NCBI GenBank assembly: GCA_964517625.1
Contig: CAZFBW010000003.1
Span: 46,107 to 110,106, forward strand
Length of the DNA stretch: 64,000 nucleotides
Origin: an uncultured Candidatus Saccharibacteria bacterium
GTDB lineage: Bacteria; Patescibacteriota; Minisyncoccia; Phycocordibacterales; UBA5272
Direction of reading: 5' to 3'
Shown here: positions 56,919 through 64,000 of the stretch, one piece after another
Position numbering within the stretch: the stretch's first letter is position 1
How the letters are laid out: each line of letters begins with the position of its first letter
Notes under the pieces: model-generated
The model's input: the letters and a program-made list of their open reading frames with translations, nothing else
Database searches by the model: none
Told to the model about the DNA's origin: nothing
Program-made: the position numbers and the translations under genes

Positions 56919-58595
56919 ATGCTTCCCATCGGAAGTTTGACGCAACCCACAAGTGTTAGTTTTCAGTATCATGCATTTACTCAACTTGAGTATCGGGAAG
57001 ACCTTCCGATTATAATCCCTGTTTTCGAAGAGCAGGCGGATCTAATCGTCGACAAGCCGTTTCCTGAGGTGAAGGCACTTCGCGAGCACATGGACGCGCT
57101 CACGAATCGCAGGGATGACATCATGGTCGCCGTTTTTCCGGTGAAGCGTGGTGATGTTCTTGTGACGCTGTGCGTCGTCTATGTCGGCCAGAAATTTAAG
57201 TCGTCGAAGTCAAGCCGCCTCAAGTTCGGAAGTATTTCTTTTTACAGGACGCTCTCTGTCCGCATGACGGCAGCAATTGCACGATTGCGGGAAATGAAAT
57301 TCGTAGAAGCAACAATTATTCTTCCTGGACGTTTTTTTCCAGATCATTTGAAAAAAGACCCGAAACAAGAGCGTGAGGAAGAAATCTTTGTGCGTACCGT
57401 GGCAACCGCAGTTGTGGTCGCAAACGATACGTTCGATGCATATTTCGCTTCACCCGAACCGCGCATGAGTAACATCTACCTCACCCACTTTGGAGAGATG
57501 CAATCGCAAAAAACGGTTCCGCATTTCTTCAATCGCGCAATCGGTTCCGGTGTTCTCATGGGAGAATCTGTCGGCGAAGCAAGACGTCTCACACAGCTTC
57601 CACCGAACGACAAAACACCTCTTTCACTTGCGGAGCATTTCCTTGGTACGGAAATCAAGTTCAATACTCCCTCGACGAAAAAGGTGTGGAAAGGCATTCG
57701 TGGTCATCGGTTTGGTTCTCAGGTCAAAGCTTCGATCATTTACGGCACCAAAGCCCTCGAGGGTGCGGGGTTTCGAATGATTGCAGCGATTGGTCGTGGT
57801 AGCCAACATGAACCATGCTTTTTGAGCCTTCACTATCGTCCCAAGAACAAAAAAGAAAATACCAAGAAGCTTGCGCTTATTGGCAAGGGTGTGGTGTTCG
57901 ACACTGGTGGTACGAACTTGAAAGAGTCATCCACCTTGAAACGTATGCACTACGACATGGCAGGCGCTGCAACAGCGGTTGCTGTGCTCAGGTATGCCGT
58001 AGCCAAGCGTCTTCAAGTTGAAATTGTTGTACTCATTCCGCTTGTGGATAACGCTATCGGTTCCAAATCCATCAGGCCTGGAGAAATTCTCCGGGCATAC
58101 GGTGGACAAACGAACGAAATCACCGACACCGATTCTGAAGGTCGTGTGATCCTAGCAGATGCCATAAGTTTTTCTGAAAAGCACATGAAACCGGATTGTA
58201 CAATAACGATTGCGACGCTCACTGACATGGCTGAATTTGGCCCCGCGATCATCAAGGTTATTGGTACTGATGATGATCTCAAACGGAAAGCCGAACAGGC
58301 CATGCAACGGTCTCACGAAGTGATGTTCATGCTTCCGAAGCCGGAGGATTTGGGCGATGTTACATCGCAACACGTCGGTGATTTAAGTGACCTCAAGAAC
58401 GACATTGGCACTCACTATCACACGTCACCAGCCATGGCGATGTATGATTACTTTCCGTGGAGCAATAGTCGGTGGATGCACATCGATGTCGCGGCAGTGT
58501 TCGAAGACGATGCCGACGACTATGGCTCCGGCCCGGGTTTCGGTGTCCGTTTTCTTGCAGAAATGGTCAAACAGTTCGCTTATAAGCATTCTTAG
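56919..58595 (+). CDS. pepA: Leucyl aminopeptidase, M17 family
   Basis: GKGVVFDTGGTNLK, DTDSEGRVILADA, divergent N-terminal domain; AAGGAG RBS. Confidence 0.75.
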   Translation: MLPIGSLTQPTSVSFQYHAFTQLEYREDLPIIIPVFEEQADLIVDKPFPEVKALREHMDALTNRRDDIMVAVFPVKRGDVLVTLCVVYVGQKFKSSKSSRLKFGSISFYRTLSVRMTAAIARLREMKFVEATIILPGRFFPDHLKKDPKQEREEEIFVRTVATAVVVANDTFDAYFASPEPRMSNIYLTHFGEMQSQKTVPHFFNRAIGSGVLMGESVGEARRLTQLPPNDKTPLSLAEHFLGTEIKFNTPSTKKVWKGIRGHRFGSQVKASIIYGTKALEGAGFRMIAAIGRGSQHEPCFLSLHYRPKNKKENTKKLALIGKGVVFDTGGTNLKESSTLKRMHYDMAGAATAVAVLRYAVAKRLQVEIVVLIPLVDNAIGSKSIRPGEILRAYGGQTNEITDTDSEGRVILADAISFSEKHMKPDCTITIATLTDMAEFGPAIIKVIGTDDDLKRKAEQAMQRSHEVMFMLPKPEDLGDVTSQHVGDLSDLKNDIGTHYHTSPAMAMYDYFPWSNSRWMHIDVAAVFEDDADDYGSGPGFGVRFLAEMVKQFAYKHS

Positions 58596-58620
58596 TATTT
58601 TTTTTGGATATTTTTTCCAC

Positions 58621-58656
58621 AAAGCAGCGCCCCAAAGCGCTGCTTTTTCTTTATTT
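58621..58656 (+). terminator. Terminator (AAAGCAGCGC-cccaaa-GCGCTGCTTT + T-run)
   Basis: Perfect 10-bp stem after pepA. Confidence 0.75.
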
Positions 58657-58733
58657 TGATGGAGAGTGTCATTGTGCTAGCATGTAGGGCAGTGTTTTAG
58701 TTCATTTTATTCACAACCAGAAAAGGATTCTAT

Positions 58734-59546
58734 ATGGCTACTAAGCCCTTAATAGATGTGCGTACTGAAGCAGAAACTCGAGCAAAATTTATTCTCGATG
58801 AAGGTATTGATCTTGTCCAGCGTCGTTTGTATGCTGGTGCAAAGTCAGCGGAACACAACCCTGACTTTGATGTTGGCTTCATGTTGGCCAGAGACATAGC
58901 GACAGGACTCCACACTCTTCAAACACAGTTCAGGCCCAACAAAGCTATGAACGAAGACGAGAATAAACCGATTGAGATTTTTCTCTCCACTTTTGGTGGC
59001 GACCTCTATAGCGCTTTCGGTATCTATGATTTGCTTCGTGTGTCACCAGTACCAATTCATGTGTATGTATTCGGTCAGTGCATGAGTGCTGGTACTGTCA
59101 TCATGCAAGGAGCGGAGAAACGTTTTGTTTCAAAATCTTCGCGTCTTATGATTCACTATGGCTCCACGACGGATGAAGGGACGTCTAACCCCGTTCGTGT
59201 GGATGAGGTTTGGAAGGAACACCGCGAGATCATGGACCAATTGGTTGAAATTTACATGACTCGTTGTAATAAAGAGTTTCTTGCGGAGAGACGAGCAAAG
59301 AAGGTTCTGGAAGAGTTTTCAAAAGGTTGGCCCATGAGCAACAGAAAGAAGAAACAATACATGCAAAATTACAATGTTGAAGCGTTAGCAGAAGAGGCGC
59401 TTCGCAAAGATATTCTTCCTATTGAATCATATTTTGTCGCTAAAAGATTCGTTGAACTCGGACTTGCTGACGAAATCGTTACAAAATCACCGCCGAAGAA
59501 AGATCCGTTTGCACCGATAGTTGCGGATGAGGGTTCTTCTGGTTGA
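58734..59546 (+). CDS. ClpP-like serine peptidase (S14 family), stand-alone
   Basis: IFLSTFGGDLYSAFGIYD; Ser in GQCMSAG; His in RLMIHYG; LGLADEIV near C-terminus; no clpX/tig context. Confidence 0.6.
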   Translation: MATKPLIDVRTEAETRAKFILDEGIDLVQRRLYAGAKSAEHNPDFDVGFMLARDIATGLHTLQTQFRPNKAMNEDENKPIEIFLSTFGGDLYSAFGIYDLLRVSPVPIHVYVFGQCMSAGTVIMQGAEKRFVSKSSRLMIHYGSTTDEGTSNPVRVDEVWKEHREIMDQLVEIYMTRCNKEFLAERRAKKVLEEFSKGWPMSNRKKKQYMQNYNVEALAEEALRKDILPIESYFVAKRFVELGLADEIVTKSPPKKDPFAPIVADEGSSG

Positions 59547-59567
59547 TGAATACTGTTAATACAATCA

Positions 59568-59600
59568 AACCCCGAGTGGAAACTCGGGGTTTTTTCTTTT
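59568..59600 (+). terminator. Terminator (AAACCCCGAGT-ggaa-ACTCGGGGTTT + T-run)
   Basis: Perfect stem. Confidence 0.75.
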
Positions 59601-59602
59601 AT

Positions 59603-59630
59603 ATTTCGCCACAAAAAATCTTTTTTGTCA
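59603..59630 (+). promoter_or_regulatory. Conserved upstream motif ATTTCGCCACA-N11-TTGTCA (copy A, upstream of 59714)
   Basis: Same motif and spacing recurs at 60909-60936. Confidence 0.35.
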
Positions 59631-59713
59631 CATTGTTTTTTACTCACCATACTTGGTAGACTGCTAGTCAGTGTTTACTTTTAGCCCTTTAATAAAATCA
59701 AGGAGTAGAAACC

Positions 59714-60301
59714 ATGGCTGGAACCGTCTATCTGTTCGGCCCGGTCACGGGTCTGACGTTCGAGAAAGCCGATGCTTGGCGAAAACGCGCTAAGAAAGTA
59801 CTGAAACCTTATGGTATCAAATGTATTGATCCGATGCGTAGCCTCAAGTTCCTCAAGAAAGATGGTCCTATTTCAGGGACGGGTCGTGAGTATAAAGACG
59901 AACTTGCAAAGCCCGCTGCGGTTGTTATGCAGAACCTTCGTGCTGTGGAAAAGTGCGACATCATGGTTGGTAACCTGCAAGGTGCTACCCGGGTTTCCAT
60001 TGGTTCAGTTGCTGAACTTTCATGGGCTTTCATTAAACAAAAAATGGTGATGGCGATGGTTGATGAGAAAGAAGGTAATCCTCACGATCACATGCATGTC
60101 AACCATATGATTCACGTCAAAGTGAATACGTTTGATGCTCTGATGAATGCAGTCATCAAAGAGCTTGGCGATCCACCCAAACATAGTGACAAGAAGAAGC
60201 TGAAGAGGGCCCTCAAGAAATCTGAAAAGAAAGTGAAGAGAGCTTTCAAGAAAGAACTCAAGAAGGCAATCAAGAAGCTCAACAAAAAGCACCGGAGATA
60301 A
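59714..60301 (+). CDS. DUF4406 / nucleoside 2-deoxyribosyltransferase-like protein with Lys-rich C-terminal tail
   Basis: AAGGAG RBS; VYLFGPVTGLTF...IDPMRS...CDIMVGNLQGATRVSIGSVAELSWA; tail KKKLKRALKKSEKKVKRAFKKELKKAIKKLNKKHRR. Confidence 0.5.
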   Translation: MAGTVYLFGPVTGLTFEKADAWRKRAKKVLKPYGIKCIDPMRSLKFLKKDGPISGTGREYKDELAKPAAVVMQNLRAVEKCDIMVGNLQGATRVSIGSVAELSWAFIKQKMVMAMVDEKEGNPHDHMHVNHMIHVKVNTFDALMNAVIKELGDPPKHSDKKKLKRALKKSEKKVKRAFKKELKKAIKKLNKKHRR

Positions 60302-60303
60302 CC

Positions 60304-60858
60304 ATGCCCTATCTCACAGGTTTTCGAAAAGATGAAATGCGAAAAGGGGATTATTCAAAAGTTGCGGGTGACTTGAACTATGCTTTAACAACAGTCATCA
60401 TTCAGTATCTCGTACGGAAGAAACTTCGGTACCAGACATTGAATGACATTGTTGCCGCACTTTTGTTGGCGACTGATGAGTTTCAAGAACGCGTGCGTCA
60501 ACCCCTTCAGTTTTTTCCCGGTATCGTCCAAGATGCAATATACACAGTACTTTTTGCTTTCATTGAAATATGGAAAAAGAAAGAGTTATTGTATCGAAGG
60601 TGGGAAGAACCCGAAACTCCGCACGAACTTCGTCACGTGTTCACGATGTTGATTTATCGATACTTGGCGGACAATGGTGTGTCTGATCAGACTGTTTGTG
60701 ATGTGCGAGGTGCGCTTGATCTCGCCAACAAAGAGTTCTGCAGACGCATCGTGTATCCGTACGAAGATCGTGCCATTATAAAAAATGGAGACGTCTATCC
60801 GGAATCGTTGTTGTCACAGGTTCGCCCCATCAGCGAATCAACGAGAGACTCACAATAG
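60304..60858 (+). CDS. Hypothetical protein (184 aa)
   Basis: Starts 2 nt after the upstream stop. Confidence 0.45.
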   Translation: MPYLTGFRKDEMRKGDYSKVAGDLNYALTTVIIQYLVRKKLRYQTLNDIVAALLLATDEFQERVRQPLQFFPGIVQDAIYTVLFAFIEIWKKKELLYRRWEEPETPHELRHVFTMLIYRYLADNGVSDQTVCDVRGALDLANKEFCRRIVYPYEDRAIIKNGDVYPESLLSQVRPISESTRDSQ

Positions 60859-60880
60859 GCATCCTTGATACGATAGAAAT

Positions 60881-60911
60881 AAGCCCCATTCCCGGGGCTT
60901 TTCTTTTTATT
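60881..60911 (+). terminator. Terminator (AGCCCC-attccc-GGGGCT + T-run)
   Basis: 6-bp GC stem + TTTCTTTTTATTT. Confidence 0.6.
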
Positions 60912-60936
60912 TCGCCACATAATTTTCATATTGTCA
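60909..60936 (+). promoter_or_regulatory. Conserved upstream motif ATTTCGCCACA-N11-TTGTCA (copy B, upstream of giant ORF)
   Basis: Matches copy A in sequence and spacing. Confidence 0.35.
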
Positions 60937-61034
60937 TCACTGTTTTGTTTGTACATAACCTGATAGAATAATCACAGTTTGAATTAGTTCTTTGACACCA
61001 ATCCACCAATTACACAAAGGAAAGGATTCCCATC

Positions 61035-64000
61035 ATGAAAGAGAAAATTAAAAGCTCTCTTGAACGACGACGGTATGTTGCTAATCACATCAACGAAACA
61101 TCAAGCTCACTTGCCAAAAAACTTGGTATTAGTAAGCGTATGGTTGCTGTGTATAAAAAGGAAATTAGGGCTGGAATAACTGGACACAAGGATCGTACCA
61201 AAAAAGGTCTTGAGCGGAGATTTTTCATCCTGAAAAATCTTAACAAGACATCGCTTTGGCTTGCTGACAAACTCGGCATCAGCGTTCGCGCTGTCGATAT
61301 GATCAAAAAGGAAATTGAGGCAGGACGTGTTACGTTGGAGGACGCTAAACAACACGCCAGTGGCACTAATATCGTTACACCACTCTTCCCAGACTGGTTG
61401 ACGGAAATTGTGGAACGCAAGATGCGACTGAAACGTCCGCCGATGAGCCTCAGTGCTTTGCACAAACAGGTCGTCGCAGCGCTTCCGAAACATCTTAAAG
61501 AACATGCTCATGAAGTAACCAAGAAGAATATTCTCAATGAATTCGAGAATCTTTTCTGGAAAGGTCGTGATCCGATTGTTCGGGATGCGCTTCGTGCTGG
61601 CTTCACGCCGGAGAAATTGCACGAGATTCTGAGCAAACACTCAAATGATCGCGCGATTCCTCCAAAATGGGTCGTGAAGACGAAGTACGAGCACATGAAA
61701 GGGCTCTCACGGGCGCCGCGTGAAAAAGAAGTTGCCAGTTTGCGTGGCATTCTCCGTGTACCGCTTGGAGATGCACCTGCGCACTCACTTCTCTCGACTT
61801 CATTTAAGAAACCGTTCCACGCTTTGTCGGAGAGTACTAAAGATCAGTTTCGTATTGGTCTCATTTCGGCCCCGCAACTTGGTCTTCCGTATGATCCGGA
61901 CATCGAACTAAACCTGACTCGTTGTGGCTTCGCCGCAGCGCGGAAGGATAATTGCGATGCGCTTGTCATTTCCGGTGGGCTGTTCCGCATTACTTGGCAG
62001 AAGACATCCGGTCCTAACCGGTTGCTCAATGACCTCGCGATGGGAACCGAAATCGATATCGAAGAGATTGCTGTTTCGTATCGTGATCGTATGAACGAAA
62101 TTATTGAGTCGGGTTCATTTGAGCCTATCTACATCACCGCGAGAGAAGGATTCATCAATCGCTTGCGTGGCTGGTACAAGGTAACTCAGCGTCCCGATGG
62201 GACACCTGAGTTCAATAAACCTGTCTACGTGGTGCTTTCGCCGGCTGATCTTGGACTTGCTCGCCGTATGGCCTACTTTGAACTGCTCGCTTTGCAAAAC
62301 AAGGAGCTGGGAGAAGCTAGGGCAGCGCTGAGCTTGTATAGCAAAGTTCTTGCGAAAGCAAGTGAAGCTCTCATGAACATCAAACACGATGGCACCGAGG
62401 AAGAAATTAGCTTGGCAGAAAAAGCACACACTTCGGCTGAACAAGCCGCTGCGCGTGCAGCTGAGCAAGTGGCTCGTGTACAGATGACGCACCTCGATTC
62501 GAAGCAGAACATCAGGGTGTACAATCAAGCCCTTTCTTACTTGCTTCACGAGATCGATAAGAATATTCCGGGTTGGCAGGTGATCGACCAAAACTCGGCA
62601 TATGTTATTTTCGGTAAGAGCAAGCACGTTGTCAGGTTCGTTTCTGGTGGCGACACCAACAATCCGTATTACGACGAGCTCGGAAGTTACGGGCCGGCGC
62701 AACGGAGAGAAGAGTTGCCTGCACTTACGATTGTTTCTCATCCGCGCGCAATTTATCCGCGCAAGACCACGCGAGAGAATTATATCGATGGGTCTATGGA
62801 AGGAACAGCATCGTTTGCGGAAGCGCCGATGCTTGTCGATAAGGCTGCAATTCTTGAACGTACTGACGGCAACAAAGTTCCTCTCCCGGTCGTTAAGGCT
62901 GTAGGGGACGCAATGTTCAACGGGGGCATGACGATTATCAAGATTGATCCCGATTTTGGGGTTTCTCCTGATTTCATCAACTGTGAAGCAGTGCGTCGCA
63001 TTGCTTCTCCTGGTGGTCGTCCTGTGCTTCCGCCTGTGAAGCGTTTGTGGCTTATGATTGCAACCGATCTACACTTCGGGGGTTCGATGCGGGTTTTTAT
63101 CAATCGTCCCTCTGGATTGCAAATTGGTCTCACGGAAGCCGTTTTTGAACTCATGCAGAAGTGGGGACTTGATGCAAATGGAGTTGCGCCCGTCGCTGGA
63201 ATGTTTGTGTGTGATGACATCACGCACGGCAATCACTTCGGAACGCATGTGCGCCCGCATTATGGTGTGCGTCCGTATGCTCAAGTCGTAAAGGAGTTCG
63301 AGAACGATCTGAAGAATTTGCCGAAAGACGCTGAGGGTCGTGAGAAGAAGTTGAAAGAAATGGTTAAACATGGCGTCAATCAAATCAGGTACCGGCCTCC
63401 GGATTACCTGACTGGTCAGTTCCAGGAACTTTTTCACGGATTGATTCGACCGTTCTCAGATGTCTTCAAAGGCATTCTGCTTGCTGCGAAGCAGGCGGGT
63501 GTTGTCGTCAAAGGTGTCAGCGATTATGCCGGCACTGAAAGCGACACGCGTGATCTTGGAATCATTAGTTGGGGTTCTGGTAACCACGCTACGAAGACAA
63601 CTGATGGCATGCTTCACGAGGGCATCATCGTTGCGGAAACGCTTCGGATGCGCTTGTGGAGTGACCCAGACCTTGTAGGCCTTAATCTGGATCGTCTGAT
63701 CAGCTCTCCGTTGTATCAGGATACGGGTATTGCCTACGGTACGCTCAAAGTCGGCAACGGCTACGAGTGGGGCATTCACGTTTCCGGTACTCCGCCCAAG
63801 CGTGACAGTTGGAAAGATACTGTGCACGGCTGGGTACAAGTGAACCGTTCGCGTGGTAATCCGTCGAGCATCTTGAACGGAAAAGACGGGAAAGCGATTC
63901 TCCACATGACTGGTGACAAACACTTCTTCGCAGGAGCATTTGCGGGGAATGATGTCTATGTTATGGGGCCGTCATCGACGCATACGGACAGCTATGCAGA
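61035..64000 (+). CDS. Giant multidomain protein, 3'-truncated by window end (>=988 codons): N-terminal tandem HTH-like repeats, later metallophosphoesterase-like motifs
   Basis: Codon-by-codon check from ATG 61035 to 64000 found no stop; in-frame TGA at 60993. Repeats LAKKLGISKRMVAVYKKEIRAG / LADKLGISVRAVDMIKKEIEAG; ATDLHFGG, CDDITHGNHF, SGNHA, GDKHF. Not in the supplied ORF track. Confidence 0.6.
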   Translation, partial: MKEKIKSSLERRRYVANHINETSSSLAKKLGISKRMVAVYKKEIRAGITGHKDRTKKGLERRFFILKNLNKTSLWLADKLGISVRAVDMIKKEIEAGRVTLEDAKQHASGTNIVTPLFPDWLTEIVERKMRLKRPPMSLSALHKQVVAALPKHLKEHAHEVTKKNILNEFENLFWKGRDPIVRDALRAGFTPEKLHEILSKHSNDRAIPPKWVVKTKYEHMKGLSRAPREKEVASLRGILRVPLGDAPAHSLLSTSFKKPFHALSESTKDQFRIGLISAPQLGLPYDPDIELNLTRCGFAAARKDNCDALVISGGLFRITWQKTSGPNRLLNDLAMGTEIDIEEIAVSYRDRMNEIIESGSFEPIYITAREGFINRLRGWYKVTQRPDGTPEFNKPVYVVLSPADLGLARRMAYFELLALQNKELGEARAALSLYSKVLAKASEALMNIKHDGTEEEISLAEKAHTSAEQAAARAAEQVARVQMTHLDSKQNIRVYNQALSYLLHEIDKNIPGWQVIDQNSAYVIFGKSKHVVRFVSGGDTNNPYYDELGSYGPAQRREELPALTIVSHPRAIYPRKTTRENYIDGSMEGTASFAEAPMLVDKAAILERTDGNKVPLPVVKAVGDAMFNGGMTIIKIDPDFGVSPDFINCEAVRRIASPGGRPVLPPVKRLWLMIATDLHFGGSMRVFINRPSGLQIGLTEAVFELMQKWGLDANGVAPVAGMFVCDDITHGNHFGTHVRPHYGVRPYAQVVKEFENDLKNLPKDAEGREKKLKEMVKHGVNQIRYRPPDYLTGQFQELFHGLIRPFSDVFKGILLAAKQAGVVVKGVSDYAGTESDTRDLGIISWGSGNHATKTTDGMLHEGIIVAETLRMRLWSDPDLVGLNLDRLISSPLYQDTGIAYGTLKVGNGYEWGIHVSGTPPKRDSWKDTVHGWVQVNRSRGNPSSILNGKDGKAILHMTGDKHFFAGAFAGNDVYVMGPSSTHTDSYA

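Noticed and set aside
61035-61400. Transposase call for the giant ORF based on paired HTH motifs
   Set aside because: Only the HTH resemblance; no DDE or serine/tyrosine recombinase motifs seen in the ~990 aa available
61085-63939. Six minus-strand track ORFs (61085-61465, 61107-61640, 62115-62741, 62780-63232, 63069-63437, 63456-63923) and short plus ORFs in other frames
   Set aside because: All lie within the uninterrupted plus-strand frame 61035-64000; typical antisense shadows in GC-rich coding DNA

Overview
Low-GC (~40-45% by eye), gene-dense bacterial chromosome segment. The gene content looks like a small-genome, CPR/Patescibacteria-like organism, but that is an inference. The backbone is housekeeping: rplI, rpmA, def-fmt, priA, two mreB paralogs with mreC-pbp2, frr, rseP, proS, greA, lysS, the mraZ-rsmH-ftsL-ftsI start of the dcw cluster, hpf, a cyclophilin and an M17 aminopeptidase. 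There is one tRNA-Asn(GTT), no rRNA, and no CRISPR array, integrase or transposase that I could recognise. Accessory modules: a helicase-nuclease (AddA-like) translationally coupled to an HD (p)ppGpp-hydrolase-like gene, with a Cas4-like Fe-S nuclease nearby; a sulfide-handling set (SQR-like, TusE/DsrC, DsrE, cupin; separately rhodanese and DoxX); three GH130 domains plus a PMM-like HAD; a cell-wall pair (L,D-transpeptidase, M15 peptidase). The most unusual features are: (i) tRNA-Asn followed by inverted and direct copies of its own 3' end around a ~200-nt hairpin-rich segment, then a run of small orphan genes; (ii) a family of near-identical terminator hairpins (GAATGATTCCCACCGAAAGC...); (iii) a priA whose Walker A and B motifs look degenerate; (iv) the mreB2 frame running 221 nt into mreC; (v) a duplicated gene start forming a 13-codon uORF with a 48-nt insert; (vi) a GC-richer right-end module (ClpP-like protease, DUF4406-like protein, unknown protein) ending in a giant ORF of >988 codons at 61035-64000 that is absent from the supplied ORF track and whose upstream region shares a conserved motif with the neighbouring gene. 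All functional calls are from motif recognition by eye; no searches were run.
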